A stretch of DNA of 64,000 nucleotides, from the NCBI GenBank assembly GCA_964057225.1, contig OZ059900.1, positions 248,001 through 312,000 on the forward strand. The letters are read 5' to 3'. The DNA comes from Auanema rhodensis. Its lineage: Eukaryota; Animalia; Nematoda. Below are positions 42,914 through 56,100 of this stretch, in pieces (position 1 is the first letter of the stretch; every line of letters begins with the position of its first letter). The notes beneath the pieces are model-generated. The model had not been told where the DNA came from and searched no databases. It saw only the letters and a list, made by a program, of their open reading frames with translations. Made by a program: the position numbers and the translations under genes.

Positions 42914-45900
42914 TAAACATCACTAGCGTTTAATTGATGACTTTTGTTATTATAGACAATAAAACTATGCTTTTGATCATATATATGAGCGATTCAGCCA
43001 AATTGGACTCAAAACTCGGAAATTTCAAAAATTCTTTCTATTTTCGACCTTTTTTGATCAAAATGAATATATATCAGTGCAAACTCATAAAAATAGACTG
43101 ATTTTGTTTATTGTGTGTTTGATTTTCAAAACTTAACGAATATGATCAAAATTTACGAGTATTACAGATTTTGTACCAAAAATCGGTGAGTATATGGTGT
43201 TAAAGGCATAAAAACGACCATACTTAGTGTAGTAATGCTATTTGAGCGAAAATCAGTATTTAAACATCACTAGCGTTTAATTGATGATTTTTGTTGTCAT
43301 AGACAATAGAACTATGCTTCTGATCATATATATGAGCGATTTAGCCAAATTAGACTCAAAACTCGGAAATTTCAAAAATTCTTTCTATTTTCGACCTTTT
43401 TTGATCAAAATGAATATATATCAGTGCAAACTCATAAAAATAGACTGATTTTGTGTATTGTGTGTTTGATTCTCAAATCTTAACAAATATGATCAAAATT
43501 TACAAGTATTACAGATTTTGTACCAAAAATCGGTGAGTATATGGTGTTAAAGGCATAAAAACGACCATACTTAGTGTAGTAATGCTATTTGAGCGAAATT
43601 CAGTATTAAAACATCACTAGCGTTTAATTGATGACTTTTGTTGTTATAGACAATGAAACTATGCTTTTGATCATATATATGAGCGATTTAGCCCAATTGG
43701 ACTCAAAACTCGGAAAATTCAAAAATTCTTTCTATTTTCGACCTTTTTTGATCAAAATGAATATATATCAGTGCAAACTCATAAAAATAGACTGATTTTG
43801 TTTATTGTGTGTTTGATTTTCGAAACTTAACGAATATGATCAAAATTTACGAGTATTACAGATTTTGTACCAAAAATCGGTGAGTATATGGTGTTAAAGG
43901 CATAAAAACGACCATACTTAGTGTAGTAATGCTATTTGAGCGAAATTCAGTATTAAAACATCACTAGCGTTTGATTGATGACTTTTGTTGTTATAGACAA
44001 TAAAACTATGCTTTTGATCATATATATGAGCGATTCAGCCAAATTGGACTCAAAACTCGGAAATTTCAAAAATTCTTTCTATTTTCGACCTTTTTTGATC
44101 AAAATGAATATATATCAGTGCAAGCTCATAAAAATAGACTGATTTTGTGTATTGTGTGTTTGATTCTCAAATCTTAACGAATATGATCAAAATTTACGAG
44201 TATTACAGATTTTGTACCAAAAATCGGTGAGTATATGGTGTTAAAGGCATAAAAACGACCATACTTAGTGTAGTAATGCTATTTGAGCGAAATTCAGTAT
44301 TTAAACATCACTAGCGTTTAATTGATGACTTTTGTTGTTATAGACAATAAAACTATGCTTTTGATCATATATATGAGCGATTTAGCCAAATTGGACTCAA
44401 AACTCGGAAATTTCAAAAATTCTTTCTATTTTCGACCTTTTTTGATCAAAATGAATATATATCAGTGCAAACTCATAAAAATAGACTGATTTTGTTTATT
44501 GTGTGTTTGATTTTCAAAACTTAACGAATATGATCAAAATTTACGAGTATTACAGATTTTGTACCAAAAATCGGTGAGTATATGGTGTTAAAGGCATAAA
44601 AACGACCATACTTAGTGTAGTAATGCTATTTGAGCGAAATTCAGTATTAAAACATCACTAGCGTTTAATTGATGACTTTTGTTGTTATAGACAATAAAAC
44701 TATGCTTTTGATCATATATATGAGCGATTCAGCCAAATTGGACTCAAAACTCGGAAATTTCAAAAATTCTTTCTATTTTCGACCTTTTTTGATCAAAATG
44801 AATATATATCAGTGAAAGCTCATAAAAATAGACTGATTTTGTGTATTGTGTGTTTGATTCTCAAATCTTAACGAATATGATCAAAATTTACGAGTATTAC
44901 AGATTTTGTACCAAAAATCGGTGAGTATATGGTGTTAAAGGCATAAAAACGACCATACTTAGTGTAGTAATGCTATTTGAGCGAAATTCAGTATTTAAAC
45001 ATCACTAGCGTTTAATTGATGACTTTTGTTGTTATAGACAATAAAACTATGCTTTTGATCATATATATGAGCGATTTAGCCAAATTGGACTCAAAACTCG
45101 GAAATTTCAAAAATTCTTTCTATTTTCGACCTTTTTTGATCAAAATGAATATATATCAGTGCAAACTCATAAAAATAGACTGATTTTGTTTATTGTGTGT
45201 TTGATTTTCAAAACTTAACGAATATGATCAAAATTTACGAGTATTACAGATTTTGTACCAAAAATCGGTGAGTATATGGTGTTAAAGGCATAAAAACGAC
45301 CATACTTAGTGTAGTAATGCTATTTGAGCGAAATTCAGTATTAAAACATCACTAGCGTTTAATTGATGACTTTTGTTGTTATAGACAATAAAACTATGCT
45401 TTTGATCATATATATGAGCGATTCAGCCAAATTGGACTCAAAACTCGGAAATTTCAAAAATTCTTTCTATTTTCGACCTTTTTTGATCAAAATGAATATA
45501 TATCAGTGAAAGCTCATAAAAATAGACTGATTTTGTGTATTGTGTGTTTGATTCTCAAATCTTAACGAATATGATCAAAATTTACGAGTATTACAGATTT
45601 TGTACCAAAAATCGGTGAGTATATTGTGTTAAAGGCATAAAAACGACCATACTTAGTGTAGTAATGCTATTTGAGCGAAATTCAGTATTTAAACATCACT
45701 AGCGTTTAATTGATGACTTTTGTTATTATAGACAATAAAACTATGCTTTTGATCATATATATGAGCGATTTAGCCAAATTGGACTCAAAACTCGGAAATT
45801 TCAAAAATTCTTTCTATTTTCGACCTTTTTTGATCAAAATGAATATATATCAGTGCAAGCTCATAAAAATAGACTGATTTTGTGTATTGTGTGTTTGATT

Positions 45901-47329
45901 TTCAAATCTTAACGAATATGATCAAAATTTACGAGTATTACAGATTTTGTACCAAAAATCGGTGAGTATATGGTGTTAAAGGCATAAAAACGACCATACT
46001 TAGTGTAGTAATGCTATTTGAGCGAAATTCAGTATTAAAACATCACTAGCGTTTGATTGATGACTTTTGTTGTTATAGACAATAAAACTATGCTTTTGAT
46101 CATATATATGAGCGATTCAGCCAAATTGGACTCAAAACTCGGAAATTTCAAAAATTCTTTCTATTTTCGACCTTTTTTGATCAAAATGAATATATATCAG
46201 TGCAAGCTCATAAAAATAGACTGATTTTGTGTATTGTGTGTTTGATTCTCAAATCTTAACGAATATGATCAAAATTTACGAGTATTACAGATTTTGTACC
46301 AAAAATCGGTGAGTATATGGTGTTAAAGGCATAAAAACGACCATACTTAGTGTAGTAATGCTATTTGAGCGAAATTCAGTATTTAAACATCACTAGCGTT
46401 TAATTGATGACTTTTGTTGTTATAGACAATAAAACTATGCTTTTGATCATATATATGAGCGATTTAGCCAAATTGGACTCAAAACTCGGAAATTTCAAAA
46501 ATTCTTTCTATTTTCGACCTTTTTTGATCAAAATGAATATATATCAGTGCAAACTCATAAAAATAGACTGATTTTGTTTATTGTGTGTTTGATTTTCAAA
46601 ACTTAACGAATATGATCAAAATTTACGAGTATTACAGATTTTGTACCAAAAATCGGTGAGTATATGGTGTTAAAGGCATAAAAACGACCATACTTAGTGT
46701 AGTAATGCTATTTGAGCGAAATTCAGTATTAAAACATCACTAGCGTTTAATTGATGACTTTTGTTGTTATAGACAATAAAACTATGCTTTTGATCATATA
46801 TATGAGCGATTCAGCCAAATTGGACTCAAAACTCGGAAATTTCAAAAATTCTTTCTATTTTCGACCTTTTTTGATCAAAATGAATATATATCAGTGAAAG
46901 CTCATAAAAATAGACTGATTTTGTGTATTGTGTGTTTGATTCTCAAATCTTAACGAATATGATCAAAATTTACGAGTATTACAGATTTTGTACCAAAAAT
47001 CGGTGAGTATATGGTGTTAAAGGCATAAAAACGACCATACTTAGTGTAGTAATGCTATTTGAGCGAAATTCAGTATTTAAACATCACTAGCGTTTAATTG
47101 ATGACTTTTGTTATTATAGACAATAAAACTATGCTTTTGATCATATATATGAGCGATTTAGCCAAATTGGACTCAAAACTCGGAAATTTCAAAAATTCTT
47201 TCTATTTTCGACCTTTTTTGATCAAAATGAATATATATCAGTGCAAGCTCATAAAAATAGACTGATTTTGTGTATTGTGTGTTTGATTCTCAAATCTTAA
47301 CGAATATGATCAAAATTTACAAGTATTAC

Positions 47330-50010
47330 AGATTTTGTACCAAAAATCGGTGAGTATATGGTGTTAAAGGCATAAAAACGACCATACTTAGTGTAGTAAT
47401 GCTATTTGAGCGAAAATCAGTATTTAAACATCACTAGCGTTTAATTGATGACTTTTGTTGTCATAGACAATAAAACTATGCTTCTGATCATATATATGAG
47501 CGATTTAGCCAAATTAGACTCAAAACTCGGAAATTTCAAAAATTCTTTCTATTTTCGACCTTTTTTGATCAAAATGAATATATATCAGTGCAAGCTCATA
47601 AAAATAGACTGATTTTGTGTATTGTATGTTTGATTCTCAAATCTTAACGAATATGATCAAAATTTACGAGTATTACAGATTTTGTACCAAAAATCGGTGA
47701 GCATATGGTGTTAAAGGCATAAAAACGACCATACTTAGTGTAGTTATGCTATTTGAGCGAAATTCAGTATTTAAACATCACTAGCGTTTAATTGATGACT
47801 TTTGTTGTTATAGACAATAAAACTATGCTTTTGATCATATATATGAGCGATTTAGCCAAATTGGACTCAAAACTCGGACATTTCCAAAATTCTTTCTATT
47901 TTCGACCTTTTTTGATCAAAATGAATATATATCAGTGCAAACTCATAAAAATAGACTGATTTTGTGTATTGTGTGTTTGATTCTCAAATCGTAACAAATA
48001 TAATCAAAATTTACAAGTATTACAGATTTTGTACCAAAAATCGGTGAGTATATGGTGTTAAAGGCATAAAAACGACCATACTTAGTGTAGTAATGCTATT
48101 TGAGCGAAATTCAGTATTAAAACATCACTAGCGTTTAATTGATGACTTTTGTTGTTATAGACAATGAAACTATGCTTTTGATCATATATATGAGCGATTT
48201 AGCCAAATTGGACTCAAAACTCGGAAAATTCAAAAATTCTTTCTATTTTCGACCTTTTTTGATCAAAATGAATATATATCAGTGCAAGCTCATAAAAATA
48301 GACTGATTTTGTGTATTGTGTGTTTGATTTTCAAATCTTAACGAATATGATCAAAATTTACGAGTATTACAGATTTTGTACCAAAAATCGGTGAGTATAT
48401 GGTGTTAAAGGCATAAAAACGACCATACTTAGTGTAGTAATGCTATTTGAGCGAAATTCAGTATTAAAACATCACTAGCGTTTGATTGATGACTTTTGTT
48501 GTTATAGACAATAAAACTATGCTTTTGATCATATATATGAGCGATTCAGCCAAATTGGACTCAAAACTCGGAAATTTCAAAAATTCTTTCTATTTTCGAC
48601 CTTTTTTGATCAAAATGAATATATATCAGTGAAAGCTCATAAAAATAGACTGATTTTGTGTATTGTGTGTTTGATTCTCAAATCTTAACGAATATGATCA
48701 AAATTTACGAGTATTACAGATTTTGTACCAAAAATCGGTGAGTATATGGTGTTAAAGGCATAAAAACGACCATACTTAGTGTAGTAATGCTATTTGAGCG
48801 AAATTCAGTATTTAAACATCACTAGCGTTTAATTGATGACTTTTGTTGTTATAGACAATAAAACTATGCTTTTGATCATATATATGAGCGATTTAGCCAA
48901 ATTGGACTCAAAACTCGGAAATTTCAAAAATTCTTTCTATTTTCGACCTTTTTTGATCAAAATGAATATATATCAGTGCAAGCTCATAAAAATAGACTGA
49001 TTTTGTGTATTGTGTGTTTGATTCTCAAATCTTAACGAATATGATCAAAATTTACGAGTATTACAGATTTTGTACCAAAAATCGGTGAGTATATGGTGTT
49101 AAAGGCATAAAAACGACCATACTTAGTGTAGTAATGCTATTTGAGCGAAAATCAGTATTTAAACATCACTAGCGTTTAATTGATGACTTTTGTTGTCATA
49201 GACAATAAAACTATGCTTCTGATCATATATATGAGCGATTTAGCCAAATTAGACTCAAAACTCGGAAATTTCAAAAATTCTTTCTATTTTCGACCTTTTT
49301 TGATCAAAATGAATATATATCAGTGCAAGCTCATAAAAATAGACTGATTTCGTGTATTGTATGTTTGATTCTCAAATCTTAACGAATATGATCAAAATTT
49401 ACGAGTATTACAGATTTTGTACCAAAAATCGGTGAGCATATGGTGTTAAAGGCATAAAAACGACCATACTTAGTGTAGTTATGCTATTTGAGCGAAATTC
49501 AGTATTTAAACATCACTAGCGTTTAATTGATGACTTTTGTTGTTATAGACAATAAAACTATGCTTTTGATCATATATATGAGCGATTTAGCCAAATTGGA
49601 CTCAAAACTCGGACATTTCCAAAATTCTTTCTATTTTCGACCTTTTTTGATCAAAATGAATATATATCAGTGCAAACTCATAAAAATAGACTGATTTTGT
49701 GTATTGTGTGTTTGATTCTCAAATCGTAACAAATATAATCAAAATTTACAAGTATTACAGATTTTGTACCAAAAATCGGTGAGTATATGGTGTTAAAGGC
49801 ATAAAAACGACCATACTTAGTGTAGTAATGCTATTTGAGCGAAATTCAGTATTAAAACATCACTAGCGTTTAATTGATGACTTTTGTTGTTATAGACAAT
49901 GAAACTATGCTTTTGATCATATATATGAGCGATTTAGCCAAATTGGACTCAAAACTCGGAAAATTCAAAAATTCTTTCTATTTTCGACCTTTTTTGATCA
50001 AAATGAATAT
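47330..50010 (+). repeat. 5-mer duplication (1735-bp offset) immediately before the inversion
   Basis: Private SNPs GAGCATATG (47702/49437) and AAATCGTAACAAATATAATC (47991/49726). Boundaries are approximate. Confidence 0.82.
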
Positions 50011-50100
50011 ATATCAGTGCAAACTCATAAAAATAGACTGATTTTTTTTATTGTGTGTTTGATTTTCAAAACTTAACGAATATGATCAAAATTTACGAGT

Positions 50101-50114
50101 ATTACATATATATG
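50101..50114. other. Inversion junction between the two satellite arms (2-bp CA microhomology at 50105-50106)
   Basis: The forward monomer ends ...GAGTATTACA (monomer position 128, normally followed by GATTTTG). The reverse monomer begins CATATATATGATC (complement of position 296, normally preceded by CGCT). CA is shared and no bases are inserted. Confidence 0.97.
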
Positions 50115-53100
50115 ATCAAAAGCATAGTTTTATTGTCTATAACAACAAAAGTCATCAATTAAACGCTAGTGATGTTTAAATACTGAATTTCGCTCAAATA
50201 GCATTACTACACTAAGTATGGTCGTTTTTATGCCTTTAACACCATATACTCACCGATTTTTGGTACAAAATCTGTAATACTCGTAAATTTTGATCATATT
50301 CGTTAAGATTTGAGAATCAAACACACAATACACAAAATCAGTCTATTTTTATGAGCTTGCACTGATATATATTCATTTTGATCAAAAAAGGTCGAAAATA
50401 GAAAGAATTTTTGAAATTTCCGAGTTTTGAGTCCAATTTGGCTGAATCGCTCATATATATGATCAAAAGCATAGTTTCATTGTCTATAACAACAAAAGTC
50501 ATCAATTAAACGCTAGTGATGTTTTAATACTGAATTTCGCTCAAATAGCATTACTACACTAAGTATGGTCGTTTTTATGCCTTTAACACCATATACTCAC
50601 CGATTTTTGGTACAAAATCTGTAATACTTGTAAATTTTGATCATATTTGTTAAGATTTGAGAATCAAACACACAATACACAAAATCAGTCTATTTTTATG
50701 AGTTTGCACTGATATATATTCATTTTGATCAAAAAAGGTCGAAAATAGAAAGAATTTTTGAAATTTCCGAGTTTTGAGTCTAATTTGGCTAAATCGCTGA
50801 TATATATGATCAGAAGCATAGTTTTGTTGTCTATGACAACAAAAGTCATCAATTAAACGCTAGTGATGTTTAAATACTGATTTTCGCTCAAATAGCATTA
50901 CTACACTAAGTATGGTCGTTTTTATGCCTTTAACACCATATACTCACCGATTTTTGGTACAAAATCTGTAATACTCGTAAATTTTGATCATATTCGTTAA
51001 GATTTGAGAATCAAACACACAATACACAAAATCAGTCTATTTTTATGAGCTTGCACTGATATATATTCATTTTGATCAAAAAAGGTCGAAAATAGAAAGA
51101 ATTTTTGAAATTTCCGAGTTTTGAGTCTAATTTGGCTAAATCGCTCATATATATGATCAGAAGCATAGTTTTATTGTCTATAACAACAAAAGTCATCAAT
51201 TAAACGCTAGTGATGTTTAAATACTGAATTTCGCTCAAATAGCATAACTACACTAAGTATGGTCGTTTTTATGCCTTTAACACCATATACTCACCGATTT
51301 TTGGTACAAAATCTGTAATACTCGTAAATTTCGATCATATTCGTTAAGATTTGAGAATCAAACATACAGTACACGAAATCAGTCTATTTTTATGAGCTTG
51401 CACTGATATATATTCATTTTGATCAAAAAAGGTCGAAAATAGAAAGAATTTTTGAAATTTCCGAGTTTTGAGTCTAATTTGGCTAAATCGCTCATATATA
51501 TGATCAGAAGCATAGTTTTGTTGTCTATGACAACAAAAGTCATCAATTAAACGCTAGTGATGTTTAAATACTGATTTTCGCTCAAATAGCATTACTACAC
51601 TAAGTATGGTCGTTTTTATGCCTTTAACACCATATACTCACCGATTTTTGGTACAAAATCTGTAATACTCGTAAATTTTGATCATATTCGTTAAGATTTG
51701 AGAATCAAACACACAATACACAAAATCAGTCTATTTTTATGAGCTTGCACTGATATATATTCATTTTGATCAAAAAAGGTCGAAAATAGAAAGAATTTTT
51801 GAAATTTCCGAGTTTTGAGTCCAATTTGGCTAAATCGCTCATATATATGATCAAAAGCATAGTTTTATTGTCTATAACAACAAAAGTCATCAATTAAACG
51901 CTAGTGATGTTTAAATACTGAATTTCGATCAAATAGCATTACTACACTAAGTATGGTCGTTTTTATGCCTTTAACACCATATACTCACCGATTTTTGGTA
52001 CAAAATCTGTAATACTCGTAAATTTTGATCATATTCGTTAAGATTTGAGAATCAAACATACAATACACGAAATCAGTCTATTTTTATGAGCTTGCACTGA
52101 TATATATTCATTTTGATCAAAAAAGGTCGAAAATAGAAAGAATTTTTGAAATTTCCGAGTTTTGAGTCTAATTTGGCTAAATCGCTCATATAGATGATCA
52201 GAAGCATAGTTTTGTTGTCTATGACAACAAAAGTCATCAATTAAACGCTAGTGATGTTTAAATACTGATTTTCGCTCAAATAGCATTACTACACTAAGTA
52301 TGGTCGTTTTTATGCCTTTAACACCATATACTCACCGATTTTTGGTACAAAATCTGTAATACTTGTAAATTTTGATCATATTCGTTAAGATTTGAGAATC
52401 AAACACACAATACACAAAATCAGTCTATTTTTATGAGTTTGCACTGATATATATTCATTTTGATCAAAAAAGGTCGAAAATAGAAAGAATTTTTGAAATT
52501 TCCGAGTTTTGAGTCCAATTTGGCTAAATCGCTCATATATATGATCAAAAGCATAGTTTTATTGTCTATAACAACAAAAGTCATCAATTAAACGCTAGTG
52601 ATGTTTAAATACTGAATTTCGATCAAATAGCATTACTACACTAAGTATGGTCGTTTTTATGCCTTTAACACCATATACTCACCGATTTTTGGTACAAAAT
52701 CTGTAATACTCGTAAATTTTGATCATATTCGTTAAGATTTGAGAATCAAACATACAATACACGAAATCAGTCTATTTTTATGAGCTTGCACTGATATATA
52801 TTCATTTTGATCAAAAAAGGTCGAAAATAGAAAGAATTTTTGAAATTTCCGAGTTTTGAGTCTAATTTGGCTAAATCGCTCATATAGATGATCAGAAGCA
52901 TAGTTTTGTTGTCTATGACAACAAAAGTCATCAATTAAACGCTAGTGATGTTTAAATACTGATTTTCGCTCAAATAGCATTACTACACTAAGTATGGTCG
53001 TTTTTATGCCTTTAACACCATATACTCACCGATTTTTGGTACAAAATCTGTAATACTTGTAAATTTTGATCATATTCGTTAAGATTTGAGAATCAAACAC

Positions 53101-56100
53101 ACAATACACAAAATCAGTCTATTTTTATGAGCTTGCACTGATATATATTCATTTTGATCAAAAAAGGTCGAAAATAGAAAGAATTTTTGAAATTTCCGAG
53201 TTTTGAGTCCAATTTGGCTGAATCGCTCATATATATGATCAAAAGCATAGTTTCATTGTCTATAACAACAAAAGTCATCAATTAAACGCTAGTGATGTTT
53301 TAATACTGAATTTCGCTCAAATAGCATTACTACACTAAGTATGGTCGTTTTTATGCCTTTAACACCATATGCTCACCGATTTTTGGTACAAAATCTGTAA
53401 TACTCGTAAATTTTGATCATATTCGTTAAGATTTGAGAATCAAACATACAATACACGAAATCAGTCTATTTTTATGAGTTTGCACTGATATATATTCATT
53501 TTGATCAAAAAAGGTCGAAAATAGAAAGAATTTTGGAAATGTCCGAGTTTTGAGTCCAATTTGGCTAAATCGCTCATATATATGATCAAAAGCATAGTTT
53601 TATTGTCTATAACAACAAAAGTCATCAATTAAACGCTAGTGATGTTTAAATACTAAATTTCGCTCAAATAGCATAACTACACTAAGTATGGTCGTTTTTA
53701 TGCCTTTAACACCATATACTCACCGATTTTTGGTACAAAATCTGTAATACTCGTAAATTTTGATCATATTCGTTAAGATTTGAGAATCAAACATACAGTA
53801 CACGAAATCAGTCTATTTTTATGAGCTTGCACTGATATATATTCATTTTGATCAAAAAAGGTCGAAAATAGAAAGAATTTTTGAAATTTCCGAGTTTTGA
53901 GTCTAATTTGGCTAAATCGCTCATATATATGATCAGAAGCATAGTTTTGTTGTCTATGACAACAAAAGTCATCAATTAAACGCTAGTGATGTTTAAATAC
54001 TGATTTTCGCTCAAATAGCATTACTACACTAAGTATGGTCGTTTTTATGCCTTTAACACCATATACTCACCGATTTTTGGTACAAAATCTGTAATACTCG
54101 TAAATTTTGATCATATTCGTTAAGATTTGAGAATCAAACACACAATACACAAAATCAGTCTATTTTTATGAGCTTGCACTGATATATATTCATTTTGATC
54201 AAAAAAGGTCGAAAATAGAAAGAATTTTTGAAATTTCCGAGTTTTGAGTCCAATTTGGCTAAATCGCTCATATATATGATCAAAAGCATAGTTTTATTGT
54301 CTATAACAACAAAAGTCATCAATTAAACGCTAGTGATGTTTAAATACTGAATTTCGATCAAATAGCATTACTACACTAAGTATGGTCGTTTTTATGCCTT
54401 TAACACCATATACTCACCGATTTTTGGTACAAAATCTGTAATACTCGTAAATTTTGATCATATTCGTTAAGATTTGAGAATCAAACATACAATACACGAA
54501 ATCAGTCTATTTTTATGAGCTTGCACTGATATATATTCATTTTGATCAAAAAAGGTCGAAAATAGAAAGAATTTTTGAAATTTCCGAGTTTTGAGTCTAA
54601 TTTGGCTAAATCGCTCATATAGATGATCAGAAGCATAGTTTTGTTGTCTATGACAACAAAAGTCATCAATTAAACGCTAGTGATGTTTAAATACTGATTT
54701 TCGCTCAAATAGCATTACTACACTAAGTATGGTCGTTTTTATGCCTTTAACACCATATACTCACCGATTTTTGGTACAAAATCTGTAATACTCGTAAATT
54801 TTGATCATATTCGTTAAGATTTGAGAATCAAACACACAATACACAAAATCAGTCTATTTTTATGAGCTTGCACTGATATATATTCATTTTGATCAAAAAA
54901 GGTCGAAAATAGAAAGAATTTTTGAAATTTCCGAGTTTTGAGTCCAATTTGGCTAAATCGCTCATATATATGATCAAAAGCATAGTTTTATTGTCTATAA
55001 CAACAAAAGTCATCAATTAAACGCTAGTGATGTTTAAATACTGAATTTCGCTCAAATAGCATTACTACACTAAGTATGGTCGTTTTTATGCCTTTAACAC
55101 CATATACTCACCGATTTTTGGTACAAAATCTGTAATACTCGTAAATTTTGATCATATTTGTTAAGATTTGAGAATCAAACATACAATACACGAAATCAGT
55201 CTATTTTTATGAGCTTGCACTGATATATATTCATTTTGATCAAAAAAGGTCGAAAATAGAAAGAATTTTTGAAATTTCCGAGTTTTGAGTCTAATTTGGC
55301 TAAATCGCTCATATATATGATCAGAAGCATAGTTTTATTGTCTATGACAACAAAAGTCATCAATTAAACGCTAGTGATGTTTAAATACTGATTTTCGCTC
55401 AAATAGCATTACTACACTAAGTATGGTCGTTTTTATGCCTTTAACACCAGATACTCACCGATTTTTGGTACAAAATCTGTAATACTCGTAAATTTTGATC
55501 ATATTCGTTAAGATTTGAAAATCAAACACACAATAAACAAAATCAGTCTATTTTTATGAGTTTGCACTGATATATATTCATTTTGATCAAAAAAGGTCGA
55601 AAATAGAAAGAATTTTTGAATTTTCCGAGTTTTGAGTCCAATTGGGCTAAATCGCTCATATATATGATCAAAAGCATAGTTTTATTGTCTATGACAACAA
55701 AAGTCATTAATTAAACACTAATGATGTTTAAATCACTAAATTTCGCTCAAATAGCATTACTACACTAAGTATGGTCGTTTTTATGCCTTTAACACCATAT
55801 ACTCACCGATTTTTGGTACAAAATCTGTAATACTCGTAAATTTTGATCATATTCGTTAAGATTTGAGAATCAAACACACAATACACAAAATCAGTCTATT
55901 TTTATGAGCTTGCACTGATATATATTCATTTTGATCAAAAAAGGTCGAAAATAGAAAGAATTTTTGAAATTTCCGAGTTTTGAGTCCAATTTGGCTGAAT
56001 CGCTCATATATATGATCAAAAGCATAGTTTTATTGTCTATAACAACAAAAGTCATCAATTAAACGCTAGTGATGTTTTAATACTGAATTTCGCTCAAATA

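Larger units (their letters stand above)
1..50106 (+). repeat. Tandem satellite array, 347-bp monomer, forward-orientation arm (~144 copies)
   Basis: TATTTTCGACCTTTTTTGATCAAAATG at 1 recurs at 348 and every ~347 bp after, with no unique sequence between copies. ORF starts fall at multiples of 347 (2672 to 3019, 9269 to 9616). Copies differ only by scattered SNPs and 1-4 bp indels. Confidence 0.99.

Noticed and set aside
50090-50130. Transposon insertion or footprint at the orientation switch
   Set aside because: Every base is accounted for by one satellite arm or the other. The nearby 12-bp direct repeat follows from the monomer's internal inverted repeat and is not a target-site duplication.
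49700-50500. Fold-back sequencing chimera as the cause of the inversion
   Set aside because: A read fold-back would give exact mirror copies, but the monomers on either side differ (TTTTCAAAACT / AAACTCAT versus TTCTCAAATCT / AAGCTCAT) and each arm has its own HORs. Read-level confirmation is still advisable.
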